A stretch of 64,000 nucleotides of DNA from Malacoraja senta (lineage: Eukaryota), in contig CM075996.1 in NCBI GenBank assembly GCA_038087875.1, forward strand, positions 3,040,001 through 3,104,000, given 5' to 3'. Within the stretch, counting starts at the first letter, position 1. Every line of letters begins with the position of its first letter. Shown piece after piece: positions 10,801-24,088 of this stretch. The translations under genes and the position numbers were made by a program. The notes under the pieces are model-generated. The model had not been told where the DNA came from. It saw nothing but the letters and a program-made list of their open reading frames with translations, and did not search any database.

Positions 10801-13800
10801 TTAGCAAGCTCGCCGCTGTCCTTTTAACCCTCTGTTCAGTTTCCGCGCTGTGTCTCCAAAGTAACGTGAAGTCAAGTCAATGTTCTCCCCCCTCTGTGAC
10901 CGTGTGGGTTTCTTCCGAGTCCTTCTGGGTTCCTCCCACATGACAAAGGCGTGCGGGTTTGTAGATTAATTGGCTTCTGTAAGTTTGTAGAATGCAAAAC
11001 TGGGATAGCATAGAACTAGTGTGAGCGGGTGATCGATGTTCAGCGTGGACTCTGTGGGCCGAAGGGCCTGTTTCCACGTTGCATCTCCCAACCAAACTAA
11101 ATTAAGCTTAACTAAACTAAACTTAACTACACAAAACTAAACTGTGGGGTCATATCCTATTGACCTTTTTAAAGTCTATCCAGACGTCATGATCACCTGC
11201 CATCCTTTGTCCTGCCCCTCCTGTCTTCCAGCTTTCTCCCCCTCCCCCCCCCCCCACCCTCCCCCTGACAATCAGTCTGAAGTAAGTAAGTAAGTAAGTT
11301 TATTGGCCAAGTATTCACATACAAGGAATTTGCCTTGGTGCTCCGCCCACAAGTAACAACATGACATACAGCGACAGTTACAAATGACTCAGAAAACACT
11401 AAACATTAATAATAATAAAACATTAATGATAAAACACCATTGATCAAGCATGTGAACCAACAAAATACCAGATCAAAGGGAGGCGACAGATTTTTGGCTG
11501 TTGAGTAGAGCAACTACTCGTGGATAAAGACTGTTTTATGTCTGGCTGTGGCAGCCAGGGTCCCATGTGAAGAAGGGTCCCATACCGAAACGCCATCTAT
11601 CCATCTTCTCTAGGGATGCTGCCTGACCACTGAGTTCATCCAAAACTTTGTGTCCTTTTGTGTCTAAAAGCCACTTCAATGTGGTATCCGTCTCTGAGCA
11701 GGGTCTAGGTAACAGAGTGGCTTCTTGCTCAAGGATGAGACTCTTTAAGGTGTGGGTTTTGTTAGGATGGAAGTCAGCAAATTTAACGACAAACACACGC
11801 CAGCTTCCAGCGTCGCCATTCATAAGTGATAGGAGCAGAATTAGGCCATTCAGCCCATCAAGTCTAATCTGCCATTCAATCATGGCTGTTCTTTCTTTCC
11901 CTCTCAACCCAAGACAGACGTGAAGCTCACCGTTTGACCTGTTTTTTACAAAATGTTAAATGGTCAGCTCAACATAGATTACAAGACCTACACCAAACCC
12001 AAACCAATTAGGAGCAGACGAGGACATTCGATCCAATTTGAGATTCCAGCTACCAAGACAGATGTGTACAGCAATTCATTCTTCCCCGCACAATTAAAGC
12101 ATGGAATAATCTTCACCCTACCATAGTTACCCAACCAGATGCAACTAAATTTAAGGTAGCTATTTCTTCCCAAAAACCCTTTCTAGCTTAAGTCCTCCCT
12201 CCACCACCTCCAGTTTAAATTCCATTTGGAATATTTTGGAGGACCAAGAAACCAAGAACCAAGAACCCCATTCTCCTGCCTTCTCCCCATAACCCCTGAC
12301 ACCCGTACTAATCAAGAATCTGTCAACTTCTGCCTTAGAATATCCATTGACTTGGCCTCCACAGATTCACCACCCTCTGACTAAAGAAATTCCTCCTCAT
12401 CTCCTTCCTAAAGGAACGTCCTTTAATTCTGAAGCTACGCCGTCTGGTCCTGGACCTTCTCCACGTCCACTCTATCCAGGCCTTTAAATTGTCCCTGGAC
12501 TCCAGATGCATAGAAACGTAGAAAATTTGGTGCAGGAGTAGGCCATTCGGCCCTTCGAGCCAGCACTGCTATTCAATATGATCATGGCTGATCATCTAAA
12601 ATCATCTAAAAGCGTTCCTGCTTTTGCCCCATATCCCTTGATTCCTTTAGCCCAAAGAGCTATATCTAACTCTCTGCAAAGGACGAGTGAAGTTCTCAGT
12701 GCAGTTCCCCGATGTTGGGGGAGTCCAGAACCAGGGGCCACAGTTTAAGAATAAGGGGTAAGCCATTTAGAACGGAGACGAGGAAACACTTTTTCACACA
12801 GAGAGTTGTGGATCTGTGGAATTCTCTGCCTCAGAGGGCGGTGGTGGCCGGTTCTCTGGATACTTTCAAGAGAGAGCTAGATAGGGCTCTTAAGGATAGT
12901 GGAGTCAGGGGATATGGGGAGAAGGCAGGAACGGGGTACTGATTGGGGATGATCAGCCATGATCGCATTGAATGGCGGTGCTAGCTCGAAGGGCTGAATG
13001 GCCTACTCCTGCACCTATTGTCTAGTGTCTGTTGCACAGATGCACCGGGAACACAATGAAAATGTGAGCCTTTAATGAGGTGAAAGATTGTTTGTGGTCT
13101 GTGGTTAGCTGCTGGGAAGAAAACAGGAAATAATAAGTGTTGATTGGAAGTGGCACCAACAAGTAGCTGATGCAGCAGTGAGCTCAGCTACACTCTGTTT
13201 CCCCTTTCTCCCTCTCCCTCAAAAGTTCTCCTGCCAGAAACATTCTAATAGTGCTGAGAGACAGCTATTAATCCCACGTCCGGGACTGCAGAGGAAGAAC
13301 TGTGAATGCTCATCTAATTCACCTCCACACCGTGGGGCGGAACGGTAGAGTTGCTGCCTCCCACCACCACAGACCCGGGTTCGATCCTGACGACGGGAGC
13401 TGTCCGTACAGAATTTTGTACGGGAGGGTTTTCTCTGGTCTCCTCCCACATTCCGAACACGCACACACAGGTTTGTAGGTTAATTGGCTTGGTAAAATCG
13501 TACATTGTCCCTCCTGTGTGTAGGGTAGTGTTAGTGTGCGGGGATCGCTGGTAGGCACGGACTTGGTGGGCTGAAGGGTCTGTTTCCGCGCTATGTCTCT
13601 AAACCAAACTTTCACCCACATCCTACTCACTGATCCCTTACACCAGCGTCTAGTAATCAACAACTCAGACTCTCTTTATTTTCAAATGCTCCCCTGCCCG
13701 CTACAATCCCTTACCCCAGTAAACGTGGTCGGCACGGTGGCTCAGCGGTAGAGTTGCTGCCTCACAGCGCCAGAGACCAAGGGTTCCATCCTGACCACGG

Positions 13801-15442
13801 CTGCCGTCTGTACAGAGTTTGTACGTTCTCCCTGGGACCTGCGTGGGTTTTCTCCGGGTGCTCCGGTTTCCTCCCACACACTCCAACGACGTACAGGTTT
13901 CTTTTGGTTAATTGGCTTGGTAAAATTGTACATTGTCCCTCGTGTGTGCAGGAGTGTTAGTGTACGGGGGTCGCTGGTCGGCACGGACTCGGCAGGCCGA
14001 AGGGCCTGTTTCCGCGCTGCATCTCTAAACCAAGAACAGGCGATGTGGTGCGAAGAGCGGGGGAATGATAGAGAGGGTGTCTTTTCCTACTCGGCCCAGA
14101 GACTTATTTGCAGGCTCAGATTTTCTGTAAGCTCGATTTGTTACTAATGCCTATGAGAGAGAAGCGAGTGTTACCAAACTCTTGAATTCACTTGTCGGGG
14201 TGGAACCCTCTCCAAGACAGACGTGAAGCTCACCGTTTGACCTGTTTTTACAAAATGTTAAATGGCCAGCTCGACATAGAGTACAAGACCAACACCAAAG
14301 GCTCTGACCTCCCTTCCATCGAGGGGATCTATCGCAGTCGCTGCCTCAAAAAGGCTGGCAGCATCATCAAGGACCCACACCATCCTGGCCACACACTCAT
14401 CTCCCTGCTACCTTCAGGTAGAAGGTACAGGAGCCTGAAGACTGCAACGACCAGGTTCAGGAATACCTACTTCCCCACAGCCATCAGGCTATTAGACTTG
14501 GCTCGGACAAAACTCTGAACATTAATAGCCCATTATCTGTTATTCGCACTTTATCAGTTTATTTATTCATGTGTGTATTTACGTATATAATGGTATATGG
14601 ACACACTGATCTGTTTTGTAGTCAATGCCTGCTATGTTCTGTTGTGCTGAAGCAAAGCAAGAATTTCATTGTCCTGTCAGGGACACATGACAATGAACTC
14701 TCTTGACTTGACTTGACTTGAAGCCAAACCAATTAGGAGCAGACGAGGGCATTCGATCCAATTTGTGATTCCAGCTACCAAGACAGATGTGTACAGCAAT
14801 TGGTTCTTCCCCCGCACAATTAAAGCATGGAATAATCTTCACCCTACCATAGTTACCCAACCAGATGCAACTAAATTTAAGGTAGCTCTTTCTTCCCAAA
14901 AACCCTTTGTGGCTTAAGTCCTCCCTCCACCACCTCCAGTTTAAATTCCATTTGGAATATTTTGGAGGACCAAGAAACCAAGAACCAAGAACCAAGAAAA
15001 CTAAACTAAATTTCCTCACCAAACCATGTCACGTGTACCAAGGTACAGGGGGAAGCTTTGTTTTACATGCTACCCAGTCAAATCAGATGAAACCTTACAT
15101 AAAATATAACGAAGCCAAATTCAAGTACAATTAGCAGAGTGAAGAGGAAAGATTCAAAGTGCAGAATACAACTTCTCAGCATTGTGGGGAAACAGTTCAA
15201 AATAAGCGGGTTCCAGGCAAACCATAGACTGGCACGGTGGCGCAGAGGTAGAGTTGCTGCCTCACAGCGCCAGAGACCCCAGTTCAATCCTGACCGCGGG
15301 GTGCTGTCCGTGTGGAGTTTGCACGTTCTCCCCGTGACCTGCGTGGGTTTTCTCCGGGTGCTCCGGTTTCCTCCCACACCCCAAAGACGGGCAGATATGC
15401 AGGTTAAACGGCTTGACGGCATTGTAAATTATCCCAAGTGTG
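7883..15442 (+). repeat. Large duplication, copy 2 (about 7.56 kb)
   Basis: Near-identical to 332-7681. Differs by single-base homopolymer indels, a few substitutions and VNTR length. Confidence 0.97.
9402..10066 (+). repeat. Same 35-bp minisatellite, 19 units
   Basis: 210 bp (6 units) longer than the copy at 1851-2305. Confidence 0.95.
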
Positions 15443-15530
15443 TGTAGGATAGTGTTTGTGAGCGGGTGATCGATGGTCGGCGCGGTGGCCCCGGCGGGCC
15501 GAAGGGACCGTTTCCGCTCTGTATCTCTAA
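15231..15530 (+). mobile_element. HE1-like V-SINE abutting the CSF2RB-like fragment
   Basis: Same head, V-domain and tail structure. Confidence 0.85.
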
Positions 15531-15534
15531 TCTG

Positions 15535-15832
15535 AGAACAGGCGATGTGGTGAGAAGGGGAGGGGGAATTCTGAAAAGGGGGCTGCTTCTCCAAGGGGTC
15601 CAGAGACTTACTTGCAGGCTCCGATTTTGTGGATGAGACCTGGCCTTTGGTGGATTCAGTTCCCTTGGTCGGTAAAGACCCGGGAAGGAAGCAATAATCT
15701 CCGATCTGCTGGAAGAGAATGGGATTAGCTCCTGACTGGAACAAGATGAGCTCCGAGGCCTCGTTATTCACCGTGTCCATGCGTGGAGGCTCTGCCTCTT
15801 TGGCCACGGGATTCTGCAGGTCCACCAGAGGC
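15535..15832 (-). pseudogene. Isolated fragment resembling the CSF2RB (common beta chain) cytoplasmic terminal exon
   Basis: Minus-strand open frame ...ELILFQSGANPILFQQIGDYCFLPGSLPTKG..., with QQIGDYCFLPG at 15679-15711 (human CSF2RB QQVGDYCFLPG, recalled). Bounded by SINE sequence on both sides; no other CSF2RB exons recognised. Confidence 0.65.
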
Positions 15833-18800
15833 AGACTTGGTGGGCCGAAGGGCCTGTTTCCTCACTGTATCTCTAAACTACAGTGACAAAGAGGTCCTTC
15901 AATATATTGTTTAGGAAGCATCTGCAGATGCTTTGGTTTAAATCGAGGATAGACACAAAAAGCTGGAGTAACTCAGCGGGACAGGCAGCATCTCTGTGAG
16001 AGAGGAATGGGTGATGTTTTGGGTCAAGACCCTTCATCAGACTGTCTCTTAAAAATAGCGGAGTCAGGGATATGGGGAGAAGGCAGGAACGGGTACTGAT
16101 TGGGGATGATCAGCCATGATCACATTGAATGGCGGTGCTGGCTTGAAGGGCCGAATGGCCTACTCCTGCACCTATTGTCTATTGTGTATTGTCTCTATTG
16201 TCCCGCTGAGTTACTCCAGCTTTTTGTGTCCTTAAATATATCGGCTGCTTTCCTGAGGCAGCGTGAAGTATTGATGGAATTGATGAGGTGGGGAGGAGGC
16301 TGGTGTGCTCGCTGGACCAGACTGCATCCACAATTCTTCGAATTCCCCCCTGAATTCGTGGCAGAGGAGTTGTCAAACCAAGGATACTTCTATGGAATTT
16401 GGGAAGAGTCTTTGGGGATATGCCAAATTACCCTGTATAGGAAGGAACTGCAGATGCTGGTTTAAACCGATGATAGATAGACACAAAACGCTGGAGTAAC
16501 TCAGCGGGACAGGCAGCATCTCTGGAGAGAAGGAATGGGTGACGTTTGCGGGTCGTGACCCTTCTTCAGAATCTAGCCTCACCGGAAGGCACCATGTTGT
16601 CACACGTCACCGCCCGGAAGCCCGGCAGTTTTATTAACTGCACCACCTAAGTTCGATTACGCCTACTAGAGTTTCGCTCGAGCAGTTCTTGACGGAAATG
16701 CTACCCTGTAGGCGGGCGACACTTGGAGAGAAAGTTCACGTGTTGCACCTACTTGGTTTCTTGGTATCGTAAACATGCGGTTTGGAGAAAATGGCCCGGC
16801 CCTATTTATATGGCACCAAGCTTGTACCCAGACCATTGGCATTCCAGCAGGCAATGCCAGGCAGGGAACACGAAAGGGAGATCATAGGTCCATAGGTGAC
16901 AGGAGCACAATTAGGCCATTTGGCCCATCGAGTCTACTCTGTAATTGAATCATGGCTGATCTATCTCTCCCTCCTAAATGGGTGCAAATCCAGCTGGGGC
17001 ACAGGGAAGAGAAGGGAATTAAGGGGGCACGTTGGTGGGGGTGGGGGTGGGTGGGGTGTTACAAATCAGTGCGTGGCACAGTGGTGCAGCTGGTGGAGCT
17101 GTTGCCTCGTAGCGCCAAAGACCCGGGTATGATCCTGACCTCGGGTGCTGTCTGTGTGGAGTTTGCACGCTCTCCCTGTGACCGGGTGGGTTTCTGGTGG
17201 GTTGTTGGTTTCCACGCAGTATCTCTAAGCTAAACTAAACAAAACTACACTTAACTAAACTCAACTAAACTAGACCCAATAGCCAATAGGTGCAGGAGTA
17301 GGCCATTCGGCCCTTCGAGCCAGCACCGCCATTCAATGTGATCATGGCTGATCATCCCCAATCAGTACCCCGTTCCTTCCTTCTCCCCATATCCCCTGAC
17401 TCCGCTATCTTTAAGAGCCCTATCTAGCTCTCTCTTGAAAGTATCCAGAGAACCTGCCTCCACCGCCCTCTGAGGCAGAGAATTCCACAGACTCACCACT
17501 CTCTGTGAGAAAAAAGTGTTTCCTATTAACCCATGTTCGATCCTGATCTCGGGTTTCTGTCTGTGTGGAGTTTGCACGTTCTCCCTGCACGTCCGCCTAG
17601 GCCGCCATGCCCACATGCCAAAGAGGTGCAGGTTTGTAGGTGATTTGGCTTCTGTTATTTGCGTAAGGAGTGGATGCAAAAGTGGGTTAACGTCGAACTA
17701 GTGTGAGCGGGCGATCGATGGTCAGATGTGGTCTGGGGAGCGTGGAGGTGGGAGGAGAGAGACGTAGAGGGGATTAGATCGAGGTTGAGTTTGGATGCAG
17801 AGCAGAACCTTGAGTGGTTCAATGGTCCATTATTTGTCAGGTACCAAGGTACAGTGAAATACATATTTGTATACAGATCAGTACAAGTATCACTAAACAT
17901 AAGCACTATTAGATACATCTTAGATAAACATCTCAGATACATATGTGTATAATAGTATACAATTGAAGTGTATGTAAGTGTATAGTAACAGTACAGTTTA
18001 CACAGTCGCCAGTTTGGCACCTTTACCACGTAGACCGTTGACTTTAGATGGGGTTGTAATACAGCAGCAAAGAACTGCAGATGCTGGTTAATACACAAAA
18101 GGACACAAAGTGCTGGAGTAACTCAGCGGGTCAGGCAGCATCTATGGAGAACATGGATAGGTGACGTTTCGGGTCTTCTCATAAGGTCATAAGGTCATAA
18201 GGAATAGGAGCAGAATTAGGCCATTCGGCCCATCAAGTCTACTCCGCCATTCACTCATGGCTGATCTATCTCTCCCTCCTAACCCCATTCTCCTGGCTTC
18301 TCCCCATAACCCCTGACACAGGCGTACTAACTAAGAAATCAGCTAGTCAGCTTCTCCGGGACTGATGGCACCCGACCTGAAACGTCACCTACCCATGCTC
18401 CCCAGAGATGCTGCCCGACCCGCTGAGTTACCCCAGCACTCTGTGCCCGTCAAAGGTCACAAGATGTTCAGAAACATTGTTGGCTGGCCCCTCATTGAGA
18501 TTAATTTAAGACCATCTGGAGATTCAGCTGAGCTGCGACAACAACTCACAGTAGCACTTTCTTACTGCACAGGAACTAAGATTCAGTTTCCTGTGCTAAA
18601 GGTTCGACGCTTTGATAAATGGCCACTTTTAAAAGTCAGTGACCAGTCTATTTTGACAAACAGTTCCTGTTTGCCAGTTCACCCTTTGTTCTACAAACCA
18701 TCGCGCCGTGAATACAAAGTGTGAGCTCGGGGCTGAGGGGATTTCAGTCATTCTAGGCAGAAGCCGGGTGTTTTCAGTTCATGGCCATGGATCAGTGGCC

Positions 18801-19317
18801 TGACCATGAAACGAGAGTGTTTTCAAGAGAGAGTTAGATATAGCTCTTGGGGCCAATGGAATCAAGGGATATGGGGGAAAAAGGCAGGGACGAGTCGACT
18901 TGATGGGCCGAATAGCCTAATTTCTCCTAGAACGTATGAACTTCCTACTCCCCATGGTCGCTGCCACCAAACTCTGTGATTGCAGTTTGTGACATCTTGC
19001 TCTGCACGGCAATGCTGCCTTATATCTGTCTGAAGTCTAAAGAAGGGTCTCGACACGAAACGTCACCCATTCCTTCTCTCCAGAGATGCTGCCTGTCCCG
19101 CTGAGTTACTCCAGCTTTTTGTGTCTATCTTTGCCTTGTATTCATGTGTTGACCACACCTCAACATCAGAGAGCATAGTTTGGTTTATTTTTTGGGATAC
19201 AGCACGGAGACGGGCACTTCGGCCCACCGAGTCCGTGTGAAAACGCACCCCTCCAGATTCGGGGACAGTTTCTTCCCAGCTGGTATCAGGCAACTTTAAG
19301 AGAGAGTTGCAATGAGT

Positions 19318-19770
19318 TAGAAACATAGAAGCAAAGAAACATAGAAAATAGGTGCAGAAGGAGGCCATTCAGCCCTTCGAGCCAGCACCGCCATTCATTG
19401 CGATCATGGCTGATCGTCCCCAATCAATAACCCGTGCCCGCCTTCTCCCCATATCCCTTGATTCCACCTGCCCCTAGAGCTCTATCTAACTCTCTCTTAA
19501 ATCCATCCATTGAATTAGCCTCCACTGCCCTCTGTAGCAGGGAATTCCACAAATTCACAACTCTCTGGGTGAAAACATTTTTTTCTCACCTCAGTCTTAA
19601 ATGACCTCCCCTTTATTCTAAGACTGTGGCCCCTGGTTCTGGACTCGCCCAACATTGGGAATATTTTTCCTGCATCTAGCTTGTCCAGTCCTTTTATAAT
19701 TTTATATGTTTCTATAAGATATCCCCTCATCCTTCTAAACTCCAGTGAATACAAGCCTAGTCTTTTCAAT
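19318..19770 (-). mobile_element. CR1 LINE 3' fragment
   Basis: KRLGLYSLEFRRMRGYLIETYKIIKG...; (CATAGAAA)n tail. Confidence 0.9.
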
Positions 19771-20179
19771 CTTAGATTTAGCTCTGAGGGCTAAAGGAAT
19801 CAAGGGATATGGGGGGGAAAGCAGGAACGGGGTACTGATTTTAGATGATCAGCAATGATCATATTGAATGGTGGTGCTGGCCCGAAGGGCCGAATGGCCT
19901 ACTCCTGCACCTAATTTCTATGTTTCTCTGTTTCTGTCACTGTCTAGGTTTTGTCCTGCCCCCACCTCTCTACCAGCTCTCCCCCTTTCGCCCCTCTCCT
20001 ACAATAAGTCTGAAGAAGGGTCCCGACCCGAAACGGGTCAGGGCAGCACAGTGGTAGGATACGGTAGCGTAAATCTACCGCAGGGCCACCGTGCCGCCCA
20101 AGTGCCTGTGACAATAAAGAAGCGTTGACCATTGACCTTTGTACCTTTGACCCTTCACCCCTTCCAGACAGATCAGAGG

Positions 20180-20246
20180 ATGGGAGGAATCATCCTGATT
20201 ATCTTCACTGCCTCCATCTGGCCCACGAACCTTGGATGTAAATGCG
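20180..20246 (+). CDS. IL2RB: IL-2 receptor beta, coding exon 1 (signal peptide MGGIILIIFTASIWPTNLGCKC)
   Basis: ATG at 20180 lies just after an acceptor (cttccag, exon starts 20168), implying an upstream non-coding exon. Hydrophobic leader; ends G|gtaag in phase 1 and joins the next exon in frame. Confidence 0.85.
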
Positions 20247-20373
20247 GTAAGTACCAGCAGGTATTTAATTTCCAAATTTGCCCGGTTCCTTCCCACTTCC
20301 CACGAAGGCCCATAAAGGTCTTGGAAATCCCCGAGTGAAAACTGACGGGTCTTGCGTTGTGTCTTTGGAACAG

Positions 20374-20491
20374 AGAACAAAGATCTGAAGTGTGCAGTGG
20401 ATTATGGCAAGGAGATGACATGTTGCTGGTCGCAAAACGTTTCCCTGAGCAACGCGTGCCAAGTCTGGGTGGATGATTTGAGGCCTAACAA
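20374..20491 (+). CDS. IL2RB: IL2RB coding exon 2 (D1 first half, (E)NKDLKCAVDYGKEMTCCWSQNVSLSNACQVWVDDLRPN(K))
   Basis: Acceptor ggaacag, donor gtgagt, phases 1/2. C-x9-C-x-W pattern typical of class I cytokine receptor D1. Confidence 0.9.
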
Positions 20492-21159
20492 GTGAGTTTG
20501 GTTTGGGTTTGTTGTGAGTTTGGTTTGTGGAGAGAAGGCAGGCACGGGTTATTGACAGGGGACGATCAGCTATGATCACAATGAATGGCGGTGCTGGCTC
20601 GAAGGGCCGAATGGCCTCCTCCTGCACCTATTTTCTGTTTCTATGTTTCTATGTATGACAAGAGCACCTCGCTAGGGACAACATCCACCACCATAAACAT
20701 CAGCAGGAGATGCCCTCAGCCCCCCTCGTCCGTCCGTAGTCAGTGTTTAGTTTAGCTTAGAGATACCTTGCTCTAAACCTTAATAGACACAAAATGCTGG
20801 AGTAACTCAGCGGGACAGGCAGCATTTCTGGAGAGAAGGAATGGGTGACGTTTCAGGTCGAGACCCTTCTTCAGACACTTCTCGACCCAAAATGTCACCC
20901 ATTCCTTCTCTCCAGAGATGCTGCCAATCCCGCTGAGTTACTCTACACCAGCATTTTGTGTCTATCTTCGATTTAAACCAGCATCTGCAGTTCCTTCCGA
21001 CACATTTTGCACATTTATTCCCTTATCATGTATCTATACAGTGTGAATGGCTCGATTGTAATCATGTATTGTCTTTCCGCTGACTGGATAGCACGCAACA
21101 AAAGCTTTCCACTGCATGTGACAATAAACGGAACTGAATCAAACTGAACTGAACAAGAC

Positions 21160-21430
21160 ACCACGTGGATCCACCGAATCCACGCCGACCAGCGGTCCCC
21201 ACGCTCTAACATTACCCGACACACACTAGGGACAACTTCCAATTATACCAAGCCCACTAACCTACAAACCTGTACGTCGTTGGAGTGTGGGAGAAAACCG
21301 GAGCACCCGGAGAAAACCAACGATGTCACGGGGATGAACGTACAAACCCCGTACAGACAGCACCTGTAGTCAGGATCGAACCCGGGTCTCTGGCGCTGTG
21401 AGGCAGCAACTCTACCGCTGCGCCACCGCG
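21160..21430 (-). mobile_element. HE1-like V-SINE
   Basis: Reverse complement of the SINE consensus seen elsewhere in the window. Confidence 0.8.
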
Positions 21431-22129
21431 CCGCGCCGTGCTTTGGGATAGTGAAACGAGCCCAGTGGACAATGGAGACCAAATGGAGACAAATAAAAAG
21501 CATCTGAGACTCAGACGACACAGAAAACATAAATTATACCAGACACTGGAACGTTTAAAAAACTGTGCAGAAATAAGTTGTGCAGAACGCAAGTAAGATA
21601 TTAGGGCGGCACGGTGGTGCAGCGGTTGAGTTGCTGCCTCACAGCGCCAGGGACCCCGGTTCGATCCCAACTACTGGTGCTTGTCCGTACGGAGTTTGTA
21701 CGTTCTCCCCGTGATCGCCAACACAAGGCTTGGACAGAGTGGACGTGGAGAGGGTGTTTCCACCAGTGGGAGAGTCTAGGACTAGAGATCATAGCTGCAG
21801 AATTAAAGGATGTTCTTTTAGGAAGGAGATGAGGAGGGATTTCTTTAGTCAGAAGGTGGTGAATCTGTGGAATTCATTGCCACAGAAGGCTGTGGAGGCC
21901 AAGTCAGTGGATATATTTAAGGCAGAGATAGATAGGTTCTTGATTAGTATGGAGGTTATGGACACATTAGTTCAGTTTAGTTTAGTTTAGTTTATTGTCA
22001 CGTGTACCGAGGTACAGTGAAAAGCTTTTGTTGCGTGCTAACCAGTCAGCGGAAAGACAATATATGATTACAATTGAACCATTCACAGTGTACAGATATA
22101 TGATAAGTGAATAACATTAAGTGCAAGGT

Positions 22130-22560
22130 TAAGCCAGTAAGCTCAACACTGCTCTCTGGTTGTTGGTAACAGCTGGGAAGAAACTGTCCCTGAATCTGGA
22201 GGTGTGCGTTTTCACACTTCTATACCTTTTGCCTGATGGGAGAGGGGAGAAGAGGGAGTGGCCAGGGTGCGACTGGTCCTTGATTACGCTGCTGGCCTTG
22301 CCGAGGCAGCGTGAGGTGTAGATGGAGACAATGGAAGGGAGGTTGGTTTGTGTGACGGTCTGGGCTGCGTCCACAATTCACCGCAATTTCTTGCGGTCTT
22401 GGATGGAACTGTTCCCAAAACAGGCTGCGATGCATCCCGATAAAATGCTTTTTGTGGCGCATCTGTAGAAGTTGGTGAGAGTTTTTGGGGACATGCCGAA
22501 CTTCCTAAGCCTTCAAAGGAAGTAAAGGCGTTGGTGTAACTTTCTTGGTCGTTGCTTCAA
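22130..22560 (-). mobile_element. Rex1/Babar-like LINE 3' fragment
   Basis: LPSIVSIYTSRCLGKASSVIKDQSHPGHSLFSPLPSGKRYRS. Confidence 0.75.
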
Positions 22561-22881
22561 TAACATCAGATTGAATTGTAGAGGTAGCAAGCCTCCCCCC
22601 AGCTCAGACCTATCTCCAGTAGCTCCCCCCCCCCCCCGCCCCCACCCCGCCAAACTCCACCTGATCACCAACCAAAAGAAGAAAAATATGTTTTTCAAGA
22701 CATCGTGTCAAGGTGGTTTTTTGGTTGAGAACCTTTATTGATAAAACCACTATAGACGAAGGACAGAAATACCCCAAATAGTAACAACATTAGATTGTGA
22801 AAGCAGATACCAATGGTACACAAGCACGCACGCACAATCACACGCATGTACCGTGCATTGACAAGCATATGCACACGCACT

Positions 22882-22884
<3 letters not shown>

Positions 22885-22960
<76 letters not shown>
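22885..22960. repeat. (CA)n microsatellite
   Basis: Direct reading. Confidence 0.98.
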
Positions 22961-22962
<2 letters not shown>

Positions 22963-24088
22963 CATGCATGGGCATCAACAAACATATGCACATGTGCGCA
23001 TGCACACACATGATCACACATGCATGGGCATTAACTAACATATTCACATGCATGTATACACACACACACACTCACACACATGTATTGCACGTTAACAAAT
23101 GTGAACATGCATGACTGCACACACACGCAAACACACACATCCATTGCATTAACAACTGTGCACATACACGCCTGCACACATACACATCAAGAATCCGTCA
23201 ATCTCCGCCTTAAGAATATCCATTGACGGCAACAAATTCCACAGATTCACCACCCTCTGACTAAAGAAATTCCTCCTCATCCCCTTTCTAAAGGTACATC
23301 CATTTATTCTGAGGCCGTGGCCTCTGGTCCTAGACTCTCTCACCACCAGTGCCTAGCAAAGATTATAGAGCAGAGCTGGTATCTATGGTGCCTAGTGCCA
23401 TCAATCCACCCTGCCACAACTATAGAGTGGCCTTGAACTACTATCTACCTCATTGGAGACTCTTGGACTATTTTAGATTGTACTTTGCTGGCTTTACCTC
23501 GCACTAAACGTTATTCCCTTTATCATGTATCCGTACACTGCGAATGGCTCGATTGTAATCATGTATTGTCTTTCCGCTGACTGGTTAGCACGCAACAAAA
23601 GCTTTTCACTGTACCTCGGTACACATGACTATAAACTATGTAAACCAAACCAAAAATCATATGTTAACTGAATAATTCCTGGGATCGTTTAGTTTAGTTT
23701 AGTTTAGTTTAGTTTACTTTACTTCAGAAGTACTGCGCGGAAACAGGCCTTTCGGCCCACCGGGTCCGCACCGACCAGTGATCCCCGCACATTAACACTA
23801 TCCTACACACACTAGTGACTATTTCGACATTTATACCAAGCCAATTAATCTACACCTTTGGAGTGTGGGAGGAAACCGAAGGTCTCGGAGAAATCCCACG
23901 GGGAGAACGTGCAAACTCCGTACTGACAGCGCCCGTGATCAGGATCGAACCCGGGGTCTCCGGCGCTGTAAGGCAGCAACTCTGCCGCCGCGCCACCGTG
24001 CCGCATCATTCTCATGAACCTTCACATGTTCCCCAGCGAGGTTCCCTTCACTGTAACGAGAACAGGGGGGGGGCATCTTGCTCCTTAA

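Noticed and set aside
15535..15832. Intact CSF2RB gene within the window
   Set aside because: Only part of a tail exon is seen. No Box1, TM or WSXWS exons were found on the minus strand, and both ends are cut by SINE sequence.
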